From: Bdellovibrionales bacterium
GTDB lineage: Bacteria > Bdellovibrionota > Bdellovibrionia > Bdellovibrionales > UBA1609
Direction of reading: 5' to 3'
DNA length: 64,000 nt
NCBI GenBank assembly: GCA_965219095.1
Contig: OZ244719.1
Location: 64,001-128,000 of the forward strand
Below are positions 41,653 to 52,337 of this stretch, piece after piece. The first letter of the stretch is position 1; each line of letters starts with the position of its first letter. The position numbers and the translations under genes were made by a program. The notes under the pieces were generated by a model. It was not told the origin of the DNA. It was given only the letters and a program-made list of their open reading frames with translations, and ran no database searches.

Positions 41653-42864
41653 TCAAAGAATTGTTCTTCTTGGTACAGTCTGCTGAATTTGTACGAGTAT
41701 GTCATAGGGGATGGTTCCCAGTTTTTCAGCTACCTCCTCTACAGGTAAGTGAGTACCTAAAAGAAGGATCTCTTCACCAACTTTACAATGTTCTTCTCCT
41801 ATGTCTGTGAAATCAAAAAAAGAAAAGTCCATATTTACATTTCCTATCAGTTTAACTCGCTTGCCTTTAAAAACAGCTTCATAGGAAAGTTTTTGTGAAA
41901 AAGGCCTTAAAAACCCATGAGCGTAGCCGAAAGGTACAACCCCTACAAGAGAATCTCTTTTTGCCTTCCAAGAATGACTATAAGATAAAGTCTTTCCGCA
42001 AGGGACTTTATGGTATAAAATCACATGGGATTTTAGTGTGAGTACAGGCTTTAGAGAAAGGTTTTTTATGCTTTGAGAAAGAGAAGGATTTTTAAAAAAA
42101 GACGCACTTCCTATACCGTACAAGCCTCCTCCTATACGGACCCCCAATGATCTTAAAAGGTGATGCTTTTTTAGGAAATGAAGTCCTAAGAGGGAAGCTG
42201 TCCGTAAAGCATGGACTTTAAGATCTTTTTGGAAAAAATCTTTTACTTCTAAAAATGTTTCTAATTGGCCTAGAGTCTGCCCTCTTTTAGTTCCTAAATC
42301 TTCGGCATAACAGGAATGTGTTGAAAACCCTTCAAAATGAAGTTTACAGGAAGGTTTCTGAAAAAACGTTTTAATTTTGTTTAGAGTTTTTTCTTTTGCA
42401 GAAAATTCAAGACGTTGCATGCCTGTATTCATGTTGATATGTACAGAAAAATGTTTTTGAGAAAGATTTTTTTGGAGACATTCTAGTTCATAAAAACTTC
42501 CTACAACAGGAGTGATATGAAATTTTTCTAATAAATCAATAGGAGTTGTAAGAAGACTGTTAAAAAGTAAAATAGGCGTTTTATGGATATGATGGTTTCG
42601 AAGGATTAAGGCTTCTTCTAAAGAACTCACCCCTAGAGCTGATACCCCTTCTTCAACTAAGGGATGTGCGACTTCTAAAAGACCATGACCGTAGCCATAC
42701 CCTTTGACCATAGCACAGAAGAAAGATGAAGAGCTCATTTTTTTTAAAATCCTTAAGTTATGAAGAAGATGAGCCTCATTTACCTCTACAAAAGTCAAGT
42801 TTTTTAGTTTTTCTTCCAGCCTTTGTTTTTGCAGAGTAAAACCTGGATTTTGAGTATTAAGCAT
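41653..42864 (-). CDS. alr: Alanine racemase-family protein (divergent)
   Basis: VKGYGYGHG PLP lysine, NTGMQRL, SY catalytic tyrosine, GYAHG, MD, TIPYDIL. Confidence 0.85.
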   Translation of the reverse strand: MLNTQNPGFTLQKQRLEEKLKNLTFVEVNEAHLLHNLRILKKMSSSSFFCAMVKGYGYGHGLLEVAHPLVEEGVSALGVSSLEEALILRNHHIHKTPILLFNSLLTTPIDLLEKFHITPVVGSFYELECLQKNLSQKHFSVHINMNTGMQRLEFSAKEKTLNKIKTFFQKPSCKLHFEGFSTHSCYAEDLGTKRGQTLGQLETFLEVKDFFQKDLKVHALRTASLLGLHFLKKHHLLRSLGVRIGGGLYGIGSASFFKNPSLSQSIKNLSLKPVLTLKSHVILYHKVPCGKTLSYSHSWKAKRDSLVGVVPFGYAHGFLRPFSQKLSYEAVFKGKRVKLIGNVNMDFSFFDFTDIGEEHCKVGEEILLLGTHLPVEEVAEKLGTIPYDILVQIQQTVPRRTIL

Positions 42865-43016
42865 AATTTATTCTATCTCTTAGAGAAACATTTTTCAAAA
42901 CCTTTTAATCCTTCTTATGACATAGGTTTTGTGTGAAAAGATAAGTTTCTTTTGGCTTTTTTATGTTTTTTCTTTATACTCATATGGATGACCCGCCCTT
43001 TTTGAAAGGCTGGTTA

Positions 43017-44427
43017 TACCAATTACAGAAATTAATTCGACATTTTCATGTTCAAATTTAAAATTTTAAAATTGACTTAAGGAAAAGTTTCAGTTAGGAG
43101 GTTTTAAAAAAACTTCTTTTAAGGTGAGTTTAAGTTTTCATAAGATAAGTTTATTTCAGGTATATCTATTTGTTGTGTAAATCGATTGATGGGTTAAAAT
43201 AAGTGTAAAAAAGTGAGGTTAAAATTTAAAATGACAAAAATCAGTTACACAATTTAATTTATAGGTTCAAATTAATTTACAAGCTTGATTCATCTTGTTG
43301 TTTTGTCCAAGATCGAGTGCATAATTTTTTAATCCTGCCCTCCTGATCGCAAAAAGTATTCCAGGCCTCACAACAAGTATTCAGTATATGGTCATAGTTT
43401 TTAAAACATGCATTCGATAATTTGATCCTTCGTAATTGTTGCCAGACTTGTTCCATGGGATTTAATTCTGGACTATAAGGAGGTAAAGGCATCAGGGATA
43501 AATTCTTAGGAACTATCAAAGTCTCTGTGGTATGCCAACTGGCTCTGTCCATTAAAACAATTCCATGATAGTTTTCTTGAATATTTTTAGATATCTCATC
43601 TAAGTGAATTTGCATCATCCCTGAATTACATTCCGGTAAAATCCAAGCACAGCCTTTATCTCTATCCGGACAAACTGCTCCAAAAATATAAGTGGATAAA
43701 AATTGTCTTTGCCTCACAACTCTAGGCCGTGTGCCTTTTCTTGCCCAAATCCTACTCAAAGAACCTTGCTGAGCTTATTCTGCATTCATCCTGCCACCAA
43801 ATCTCTATTTTATTAGTCTGAATCTTTTCCTTTATTTTCTCCACCTCTTCTGGAAAATGTTCCTTAAACTGTTCCATAGCTTCTTAATGAACTTTTAGGA
43901 TGAAGAGAACGACCACTGATCCATACAATATTAAGGCGGTCTAAAGAAACATAAACCCCAGAAAGAGAATAGCAACAGTCAAATTCATCTGCTAAAAGTT
44001 TCTGTATTTCCTTTGCTCCTATGCTTCCTCCCTCTCTTTTGTCTTGAATTTCATCTAACTTGATTTTGAACCTCTCCTCTTCTGTCACTGGCAAACGAGG
44101 CTTGCGTCCTCTGCCTTCTCGATCTATCAATCCCTCGTAATCAAAGTCTACAAAAAAAGACTGTAACCAAGATTTGATACTGTGACGGTGATACAAAACC
44201 ATACCTGCTGTTTCTTGAATCGATTTTCCTTCTTGCATATGCTGCAAAGCTTGGAGTTTTATCTTGATGTTGGCACTTCTTTCTACTTTGTAAGTAGCTA
44301 GAAAATTATACCCTTGAATCTGTGTAACTAAATCTTTTTTCGACACTCTAAAAATTTAACAGAGTTTTATCAAAAAGCCAGGATGCAATGCGTTAAAAGA
44401 ATGTCGAATTAATTTTTGGAAATGGTA
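43017..44427 (-). mobile_element. IS630-A copy, frameshifted transposase
   Basis: Same IRs as 8285..9692; ORFs 43864..44346 and 43277..43759. Confidence 0.92.
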
Positions 44428-44770
44428 TGACTTTGATAAGTTTGCAAAGAAAGGTTCTGTGCCTACTGAGATTTCTGTGGTTTTTGAATCTCTCTTTAAG
44501 GTTGTGAACATTCTGATTGCTGTGCTTTTAGAAAAACAGGTTCGAAAAAATTCCAGCAACAGCGGTCTTCCTCCTTCGCAAGATTTTAGTCGTCAAGGGA
44601 ATCGTAATAAGAAAGCTAGTGGGAGTCAAAAAAAGGGCTCTAGACTTGATAACAGTAAAGATACAAACAGTGAGGAGACTGTCTTTCCCTCAGAGTGTTC
44701 TCAGTGTGGGATGTGTTTAAAGACAGCAGAGGTAAAAAGCCTTGAGAAGCGTAAAAAGATTGATATTTTC
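44428..44770 (+). pseudogene. IS66 transposase N-terminal fragment
   Basis: KNSSNSGLPPSQD, CSQCG; ends at an ISL3 MITE. Confidence 0.75.
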
Positions 44771-44808
44771 GGCTCCTCCCGGGAACCCACAGATTCCCGG
44801 GAGGAGCC
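44771..44808. mobile_element. 38-bp palindromic ISL3 MITE
   Basis: GGCTCCTCCCGGGAACCCACAGATTCCCGGGAGGAGCC, the exact reverse complement of 46718-46755. Confidence 0.9.
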
Positions 44809-44849
44809 GAAAAAAGAAAATAAAGAAAGGAGGAATTGTTAATTAAAAG

Positions 44850-44903
44850 ACCCGAGTTTTGACTTTTATATACTTTAGCCTTGAAAAAAGTCGAAAATCG
44901 GGT
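44850..44903. mobile_element. 54-bp IS982 MITE with 6-bp TSD TAAAAG
   Basis: ACCCGAGTTTTGACTTTT...AAAAGTCGAAAATCGGGT; TAAAAG at 44844-44849 and 44904-44909. Confidence 0.88.
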
Positions 44904-44973
44904 TAAAAGGATAAAGATATCATCTTAAAAAGTATCTAAAATAAGTAAAATTAAAAATAAAAAGGAGGAAAAA

Positions 44974-45300
44974 ATGAAAAAAATAATGTTAATAGGATTG
45001 CTTTTAGTTTCTATAAAAGCTTTTTCAAAGGATGTTCAAGTCGATATTGTGAGTTTCTCTTTTCAGCCAGAAGAAATTCAGGCGGAAGTAGGAGATGTTC
45101 TGATTTTTGTCAATAAAGATAGGATTCATCACTCTGTAGTACCTGCACTTGACTCTCATGTTCAATTTGAAGGAAGTGATGTGTTGAGAACAGGTCAAAT
45201 GTTTGAACTTAAAGTGGAAGAAGTTAAAGATATAAAGGTTAAGTGTGGTTTGCATCCTCATATGCCTGGAATGAAAATTAAGGTAACCACTCCACAGTAA
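44974..45300 (+). CDS. Secreted cupredoxin (plastocyanin/amicyanin-like)
   Basis: Signal peptide; FQPE, HSV, CGLHPHM type-1 copper ligands; RBS AAGGAGG. Confidence 0.88.
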   Translation: MKKIMLIGLLLVSIKAFSKDVQVDIVSFSFQPEEIQAEVGDVLIFVNKDRIHHSVVPALDSHVQFEGSDVLRTGQMFELKVEEVKDIKVKCGLHPHMPGMKIKVTTPQ

Positions 45301-45372
45301 AATGTACAGAAGCTCAACAGAATTTATTTTATAGCTTTTTACCATTTGCTTGGAGTTATTGCGATTTTTTCT

Positions 45373-45545
45373 GGCTTTATTGTACACAAGAAGTTTAGAT
45401 CAAGTTATTTCACTTGAGATGACATCATTCCTATTGAGTTTGGAGTCTGATAGTTGAAGGAGTTTTCATTTGATTGAGAATCTTGTATTTCATGAAGACT
45501 TCATTAGCTTGATTCATAAAATTTCTTGAATTAAGTTTTGCGTCC
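45373..45545 (-). mobile_element. IS5-family IS903-group 3' remnant
   Basis: IR GGCTTTATTGTACAC; the minus strand encodes SRNFMNQANEVFMKYKILNQM; homologous to 60646-60800. Confidence 0.65.
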
Positions 45546-45644
45546 AGGATCCTGTAATTTAGTCGAACGTGAAAAAATGTCAAAAGTCTAGGTTAGTTGA
45601 ACGTAAAAAAGTGTTTTTATGATTTTTTGTAACTGTTCAGAAAA

Positions 45645-45753
45645 AGGCATCTGATTTATTTTCAAAGCTCTTGCTTTTAAATCTCTTTCCGTTGAGATAA
45701 ATTTCAGCAACATAGAAAGCTTTATTGTTTCTTTTACGTTTAGTTATCGACAT
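45645..45753 (-). pseudogene. Tyrosine integrase N-terminal arm fragment
   Basis: MSITKRKRNNKAFYVAEIYLNGKRFKSKSFENKSDA, RBS AAGGA; cut by an IS66-type end at 45629. Confidence 0.55.
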
Positions 45754-45950
45754 GGTTTTTCCTTTCGGTTAATCCAAGCTTCAATGCTCTTTCGTCTAAA
45801 ATAAGTTTTGCCTCTAATACGGCAAAAGGGTACTTCTCTTAAAGAAACCCAGTTTCTTATTGTACGAGGAGCAACACCAAACGCACATGCTAAGTCTTCC
45901 ACAGTTATTAAATTGTCAAAGAACAGACTCTCATTTTTTTGAGAGCTAAT
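45744..45950 (-). pseudogene. Excisionase-like HTH protein, 5' end cut by IS982
   Basis: FFDNLITVEDLACAFGVAPRTIRNWVSLREVPFCRIRGKTYFRRKSIEAWI; overlaps the integrase start. Confidence 0.7.
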
Positions 45951-45951
45951 A

Positions 45952-47059
45952 ACCCGAGTTTCGACTTTTTTCAGGTCTAAAGGCTAGCTGATATAAACAA
46001 ACATCTCAGTTCTTTGTAAGATGTCTTGAAGAAGCAACTTACAAGGAAAAAACACCTTGAGAGTTATAAAAAAACATACAAGGAGGTCTAAGATGTTTAA
46101 TTCTAATTCTAATTCTAATTCTAATTATATTATATCAATTTATGTTCTTGTCGATGATTTTTTAACCCCTCTCATACAGCAGCATCCAGAACTGGTTTGC
46201 CAAAAATAAAGGAGGTTTTTCTTGTGCTATGTCTCCCAGCGAAATTATCACTCTCTATCTTGCTTTTCCAAAGTTCTGGCTTTAGGAATTTTAAAGCCTT
46301 TTATCAGTTTGCAGAAGTCTATCTTAAACCTTATTTTCCTAAAATGTTGTCTTACTCCCGATTTGTGAACATCAAAAAAGACATGGCTTTTTTGATGTTT
46401 CTTTTCTTGACAAGCCTTATGAGTAAAACCACCGGCATATCATTTATTGATTCCACATCGATTTTTTTTCAAAAATAAAAGAATAGGACGAAATAAGGTG
46501 TTCTAAAAGTTAGCTAAAAAGAGGCAAAAGTAGTATGGGCTGGTTCTTCGGATTTAAACTCCATATTGTTATCAATCACCTAGGAGAGCTTTTAAGTTTT
46601 ACCTTAACTCCGGGAAATGTAGATGATCGAAAGCTAAGTTATGGATTTATAGTAAAGGGTTGGTGGAAAAACTCTTTGGGGACAGAGGTTATATTTCATC
46701 AGACCTTTTCAAAAAGCGGCTCCTCCCGGGAATCTGTGGGTTCCCGGGAGGAGCCCAAAAAGCTTTTAAAGAAGGGAGTTAAGCTTATTACAAACGTCAA
46801 ATTAAATATGGAGAATAAATTGATTCCCTTATTTGACAAGTTGATGTTGAAAAAACGTTCTGTTGTGGAGGTCAGTGATTGGAGTGTTAAAAGGAGAGTT
46901 TCATCTTGAGCATTCTCGCCATCGTAGCCCACAAAACTTTGTCATCAATCTTTTAGGTACTCTCATCTCTTACTTGCTTAAAACCTAAAAAACCCTCCAT
47001 TCAACTTAAAACTCAAGAACAGGAGCTTCTGAACAATATATAAAAGTCGAAACTCGGGT
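45952..47059 (+). mobile_element. IS982-family element, pseudogene (ATG 46093) containing an ISL3 MITE
   Basis: 18-bp IRs ACCCGAGTTTCGACTTTT; SYSRFV, FIDST, GWFFGFKLH. Confidence 0.9.
46718..46755. mobile_element. 38-bp ISL3 MITE with 8-bp TSD CAAAAAGC
   Basis: TSD at 46710-46717 and 46756-46763; absent from the other IS982 copy (~7305-7330). Confidence 0.93.
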
Positions 47060-47384
47060 TAGTAAGTATATCATTGGCACAACAAATCTAGTGAATTGCG
47101 GTTAGGGTAGTATCATGTAAATCTGTTAATTTTGGTACTAGGTTTCAGGACTAAGAGCCTGTTTTTTTTTCAACAGAATACTCCTGATAAATCATAAGAA
47201 CGAGTTAATTTAGTCTCATTGAGTTTTTCTGGAGAACTTATAACACACTATTCTTATAGGCCTTTTTAAAGCTATATTTTTCATAGGCTCTGTTTTTGGA
47301 TTGAAATTTAATCCTGTCGTTAAGAGTTTTGAGCCATCAACAGGGAGTTGACAAAGCCCCTCAGACATAGTTCAATTTGAACTA

Positions 47385-47490
47385 TGTCTTATAGGTATGA
47401 AGAGAAAAGAAATGGAAGCATCTATGTATATGAGATAAGCAGCTACTGGGACAAAGAAAAAAAACAATCTCGTCAGAGAAGAGTTTATTT
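47385..47490 (+). pseudogene. N-terminus of a second IS1634/IS4-like transposase, cut by IS66
   Basis: MSYRYEEKRNGSIYVYEISSYWDKEKKQSRQRRVY. Confidence 0.6.
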
Positions 47491-48923
47491 GTAACTGTTC
47501 ACTTAAATTCTAGTGATTTTAATGTTTAGAGAGGTATTCAGTAGCCATGTCAACGAAGGATAGATTCTGTTTTTTGGCCGTTCGAGCGACACTCATCATA
47601 ACCTCTTGGTTATGTGCTCCCTGTTCTGAGCGATTGCAATAAGAGATTTTTCTCATAAGTACAGCAGGCCTAATTTCCCTCTCTCCATAATTGTTAGTGG
47701 GGTCTACTCCAGACTTAATGAAAGTATAAATTTCATCTCGATATTTGACCAAACGTTTACAAAGCCTTTGTAAGTCATGGCTTCTGTATTTTTTTGATAC
47801 CCATTTTTCTGTATCACACATAAGCAGTTTGTATTTTCGATCGATATTCTCTTTACTCTCATATTCATTTTGCAACCTTTTTCCTCTCTTAAAAAAAAGT
47901 TTGGCTCTCTTAGAAAACTGAGCAATTTCTTTGTTTTTAGGATGTTTTTCTTTTAGCCCATGAAGCTCCCTTAAAAGATGGGGCCAACATTTTTGCTTTT
48001 GACAGTCAATCTTGTTATAGGCAGCATAAAAATCTGAAACTAAAACTCCACGAAAAACTTCTCCAAGAACATTTTTAACTACATCTTGCGAACGAGTTTG
48101 ATCAATCTTATAAAATGACACATCATCATTTGAAAAACTCCAGAGCCAATGACTGTTCCCATTCACTCTCCATCCTGTCTCATCAGCATGCAAATGCCCC
48201 TGCTCCGATAACACGGACTTGATATCCTCGTAAGCCCCCTCAAACTTCCTTGCCGTACGACTTATAATCTCTGACAAAACACCACGACTGATTTCCATAC
48301 CATATTGATCAGACAAAAGATTTGTTATTTTACCAAAACTTAAACCCAACTCATATTTCCAATAACACACTTGAGCATGAAACTTAGAACCATAAAGACT
48401 CGCTCCCAACTTATCACTGACAGAAACCTCCTTGTTACAACAACTGCACCAACTCCAGCCTACAATGTGTTTCGTGGTGATGACTTGACTTACAGGTGGT
48501 AAATCCACCTGATAGTGAACATCCCACTTATGAGAGGGAGGAAGATCAGAGTCACATTTACTACAAACCAGTGAAGTCCAAGTGGTCTCCTGATCCGCTT
48601 CCTCAGGCCTTTTTCTTCGATGAACTTTATGACCCTTTTTAGGACCCTTCTTTTTTCCTTTTTTAAGGCTTCCATCTGGATTTTTATTCTTGTTCTTTTT
48701 AGCCCACTTAGGAGGCTTGCGTATTGATTGAAGCTCCTCTTTTAGCTTCTCATTTTCTTTTTTAAAATGTTCATTATCTTTTTTTAAACGCTTGCGCTCT
48801 TCTTCTGAACGCTCATACCCTTCTTCTAAATGCTCATGCTCTTCTTCTAAATGCTTGTAATCTTTTTCTAAACATTTTATTTCTTTTTGTGCTTTCTTAA
48901 GCACTATATGATCTGACAGTTAC
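47491..48923 (-). mobile_element. IS66-family (single-ORF, ISBst12-like) element, transposase 47519..48904
   Basis: Ends GTAACTGTTCA / TGACAGTTAC; HADETGW, SDFYAAY, QKCWPHLLRE, TNNYGEREIR. Confidence 0.9.
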
Positions 48924-48966
48924 TCTTTCTGGGTTGATAAAAAACTGTCTGTTAGTTTACATGCTC

Positions 48967-50664
48967 TCAAATTAAAGGCTTAGATTCTTTTGTTCTTGCA
49001 TTGTGTCTTTCTTCGTCTTTTAGGATTTTCCTTAGAACTTTTCCCACATTGCTTTTAGGAAGAGTGTTTTTAAACTCTATGAATTTAGGAACTTTATAAC
49101 TTGTTAAGCTTTCTCTGCAATGAGCTTTAACTTCTTGAGTTGTTAAGTTAATTCCTTTCTTAGGGACCACAAACAATTTAACAGCCTCTCCTGATTTGTG
49201 ATGAGGGACTCCTATAACAGCTGCTTCTAGAATTTTTGTGTTCTTTAAGACAACTTCTTCAATTTCATTAGGGTAGACGTTGAAACCACTTACTAAAATC
49301 ATATCTTTAATGCGATCGACAATAAAAAGATAACCTTCATTATTAAAAACACCTACATCCCCCGTTTTTAACCATCCATCTTGTAAGATTTTTTTTGTTT
49401 GTTCAGGTTCCTTCCAATAACCTTGCATGATCTGAGGGCCTTTGATACAGATTTCACCTTTTTTCCCTAAAGGAACTTCTTGAAATTGAGAGTCTACAAG
49501 TTTGACGTTTGTAGAAGGTAGAGGAATGCCAATACTCCCATAAACAGGCTTTTTGCTTAAAATATTAGTTGTGACCACAGGAGAGGCCTCTGTTAAACCA
49601 TAACCTTCATAGATATGTTTTTTTGTGATTTTATACCAAAGATCGACAACAGTTTTATTAATTGCCATACCTCCAGCTAAGGAAAATTTTAAAGAACTGA
49701 AATCTAATTTCTGAAAAGGAGGATAGTTGTTTAAGGAGGAAAAAAGAGTATTAATTCCTAAGAAGATAGAAATTTTGTTGTTTTTAAAAACATTGAGAAC
49801 ACTTTTTAAGTCCCTGGGATTCATAATTAAAACACTATGAGAACCTTTTTGGAAAAGAACAAGACTTATAGTCATAGCATAAATGTGGTAAAAAGGAAGA
49901 GGTACAGCTACCACCTCTGAACCCTCCTCAAATTTTGAATAAGAAAGGAAGTGAGACACTTGGGATATATTAGATAAAATGTTCCTATGAGATAAGACAG
50001 CTCCCTTAGAGCCACCTGTTGTTCCACCTGTGTATTGAATGAATGCTATGTCATCTAAACTGGTATGAATTCTTTGAAGTGTATGAGATTTTCCTTTTTT
50101 TAAACTTTCTTCAAAAGAGGTGAAGGGGAGACCTAAAAGAGGTCTTAGTTTTTTTATACGAGAGACTAAATTAATAATTAAAGATTCTGGAAATTTTAAA
50201 AGTGTATGAGGGGATGTAACAATGACATGTTGAATAGAGGTTTGATTTAAAATCTCTTGAAGTTTAGGTAGCATGGCAGAAAAAATTACAATGGCTTTCA
50301 CACCAGAATCTACAAATTGCTTCTTCATTTCACTTGTTGTGTAAAGGGGATTGGTATTCACAATAACAAGTCCAATTTTTAAAGCAGCCATCATGGCAAT
50401 AGGATAAGCAAGGCTATTAGGCATTTGAAGAGCAATGGCATTATTTTTTTTAAGCTTTAATTCATTTTGAAAATAACTTGCAAAAGCTTCTACATGTTTT
50501 GCAAATTGCTTGAAAGTCATTTTTGTGCCGAAACTAGAAAAACAAACCTTGTGAGGGTATTTTTCACAAGATTTTTTAAAGAGGTCTCCTAAACACGAAT
50601 GTTTTAACTCAGGAATATCATAAGGGATTTGATCTGAGTAATGTTGTTGCCAAATTTTTTTCAT
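48967..50664 (-). CDS. fadD: Long-chain fatty acid-CoA ligase
   Basis: QYTGGTTGGSKGA, EGYGLTEASP, TGDVG, SGFNVYPNEIE. Confidence 0.92.
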   Translation of the reverse strand: MKKIWQQHYSDQIPYDIPELKHSCLGDLFKKSCEKYPHKVCFSSFGTKMTFKQFAKHVEAFASYFQNELKLKKNNAIALQMPNSLAYPIAMMAALKIGLVIVNTNPLYTTSEMKKQFVDSGVKAIVIFSAMLPKLQEILNQTSIQHVIVTSPHTLLKFPESLIINLVSRIKKLRPLLGLPFTSFEESLKKGKSHTLQRIHTSLDDIAFIQYTGGTTGGSKGAVLSHRNILSNISQVSHFLSYSKFEEGSEVVAVPLPFYHIYAMTISLVLFQKGSHSVLIMNPRDLKSVLNVFKNNKISIFLGINTLFSSLNNYPPFQKLDFSSLKFSLAGGMAINKTVVDLWYKITKKHIYEGYGLTEASPVVTTNILSKKPVYGSIGIPLPSTNVKLVDSQFQEVPLGKKGEICIKGPQIMQGYWKEPEQTKKILQDGWLKTGDVGVFNNEGYLFIVDRIKDMILVSGFNVYPNEIEEVVLKNTKILEAAVIGVPHHKSGEAVKLFVVPKKGINLTTQEVKAHCRESLTSYKVPKFIEFKNTLPKSNVGKVLRKILKDEERHNARTKESKPLI

Positions 50665-50751
50665 TTTCTATATTTTCCCTATCGCCATGCCTTTGTTATT
50701 AAAAAGGGGTTTTTAAATTTTTTCTTTCTACAGTTTAAAGCTTTAATTTTG

Positions 50752-51435
50752 TTAAAGCACACTTTTTTTTAAAATATTTTGATTTTCGTCTAGTTTATAA
50801 ATTAGGGATTTTCCTGTATCAATGTTGACTTGAGAGATTGCTTCCTCAGAAATTCTTTCTAGAAACTGCACCAAAGCTCTTAGACTGTTCCCATGAGCTA
50901 CAAGGAGAACATTTTTTTTGATTTGCAAGGAGGGCTTGATATGAGAGTTCCAAAAAGGGAGGACACGTTTTTGACAATCTTTAAGGGATTCAGAAAGAGG
51001 TATTGTGGTTTTTGTAAAAAATTGCGAATAGGGTTTTTTTTCATAACCTGAATGCTCTATAGAAAGAGCAGGGGGAGCTATGTGATAACTCCTGCGCCAT
51101 TGAAAGACTTGTTTGTCACCATATTTTTGAGCTGTTTCTTGCTTATTTAAGCCCTGAAGTTTGCCATAATGCCTTTCGTTAAGCTGCCATGTTTTTACCT
51201 CTTCAAGCCACAACAGGTCCATTTCATCTAAAATGAGCCAAAGAGTTTTAATAGCTCGTTTCAAAAACGATGTATAAGCGATGTCAAAGTGAAACCCTTT
51301 CTCTCTGAGCTTTTGTCCAGCTTTTTGAGCCTCTCTTAAGCCTTTCTCAGATAAACCCACATCCATCCAGCCTGTGAACTTGTTTTCTTTATTCCAAAGA
51401 CTTTCTCCATGGCGAATCATTACTAGTTGAGGCAT
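50752..51435 (-). CDS. gpmA: 2,3-BPG-dependent phosphoglycerate mutase
   Basis: RHGESLWN, LNERHYGKLQG, AHGNSLR. Confidence 0.96.
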   Translation of the reverse strand: MPQLVMIRHGESLWNKENKFTGWMDVGLSEKGLREAQKAGQKLREKGFHFDIAYTSFLKRAIKTLWLILDEMDLLWLEEVKTWQLNERHYGKLQGLNKQETAQKYGDKQVFQWRRSYHIAPPALSIEHSGYEKKPYSQFFTKTTIPLSESLKDCQKRVLPFWNSHIKPSLQIKKNVLLVAHGNSLRALVQFLERISEEAISQVNIDTGKSLIYKLDENQNILKKSVL

Positions 51436-51528
51436 GCTTTATAGTTTATTATAAGCAAGAAGTAGAAACAAGGTTTTTGATGGTGAAAATTTTTTTGAGA
51501 ACCTGTTATCTTGCGAAAGATTTCTCCT

Positions 51529-52020
51529 CTAATGACGGCTGAAGAGTATAGCTAAGAAACCTTTTCTAAGGGGTTTTTTTCCTTCTTTAATCTTAATAAT
51601 AGTGTAACGTTCATTCAAAACTTTTGATAAAACTGCAAACTGAAAGTGATATGTTTTGCAAAAAGGATAGCCTTTCAAAAACTGGAAGTCTTTTTTGTGA
51701 ATTATAGAACGACTAACTAGTGTTTTAAGGAAGTTGTTTAGCTCTAAATCTCTTTTTAAAACAGCTAAAGTGGGAGCAGAACACCTTCTTCTATTAGGGT
51801 ACTTAAGCCTAAACCCTTTGATTTTAATGTTTTTAAAACTTCTTTTATCAGTTGAATCCAAAACAATGACTTTATTATTTTTTGAACGAAGCCAAATTTT
51901 TTGATAAAGTACTTTGTTTTCCTTGAAAATCTCCTTTGAGAAGCTACTTGATGAGATTAAAGTGACATTCAAAAATAATGTGAAAAAAAATGTAAATTTA
52001 TAGAATTTCAATACAGCCAA
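51529..52020 (-). CDS. Basic, probably secreted hypothetical protein
   Basis: TTG start with RBS AAGGAG; hydrophobic N-terminus. Confidence 0.6.
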   Translation of the reverse strand: MAVLKFYKFTFFFTLFLNVTLISSSSFSKEIFKENKVLYQKIWLRSKNNKVIVLDSTDKRSFKNIKIKGFRLKYPNRRRCSAPTLAVLKRDLELNNFLKTLVSRSIIHKKDFQFLKGYPFCKTYHFQFAVLSKVLNERYTIIKIKEGKKPLRKGFLAILFSRH

Positions 52021-52242
52021 GTTCTCCTTTCATTATTTGATTGCTACAACAACCTGTTACATTATATTATATAATAACTTAAAAGTCTTTCAAAAAATAG
52101 GGAAAATTTCGAATGTTCTATTTAAAAACCATGTATTTTTTACAAAGTTATGGTAAAATTTTCAAAAAACCAAAAGAAATTTTAAAATTTACATTGGTTC
52201 ATTCCAGTTTACTACTTTTCTATATCCTGTGAGAAGAAGCCG

Positions 52243-52320
52243 TATATAGTGCTTCCGTTTAGGTTTTCAGTTTTTTTCTCTAGAGAATCGATCGGAAAAT
52301 CTAAGCGTATTCACTATATA
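52243..52320. mobile_element. IS630-B MITE (sibling of 1098..1175)
   Basis: Same IRs and TTCTCTAGAGAATCGA core; a further IR stub (TATAGTGCTTTCG) overlaps its right edge. Confidence 0.88.
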
Positions 52321-52337
52321 GTGCTTTCGTTATAAAA

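Noticed and set aside
44771..46755. 38-bp palindromic repeats as CRISPR repeats
   Set aside because: Dispersed rather than arrayed, no spacers or cas genes, derived from ISL3 IRs and carry a TSD
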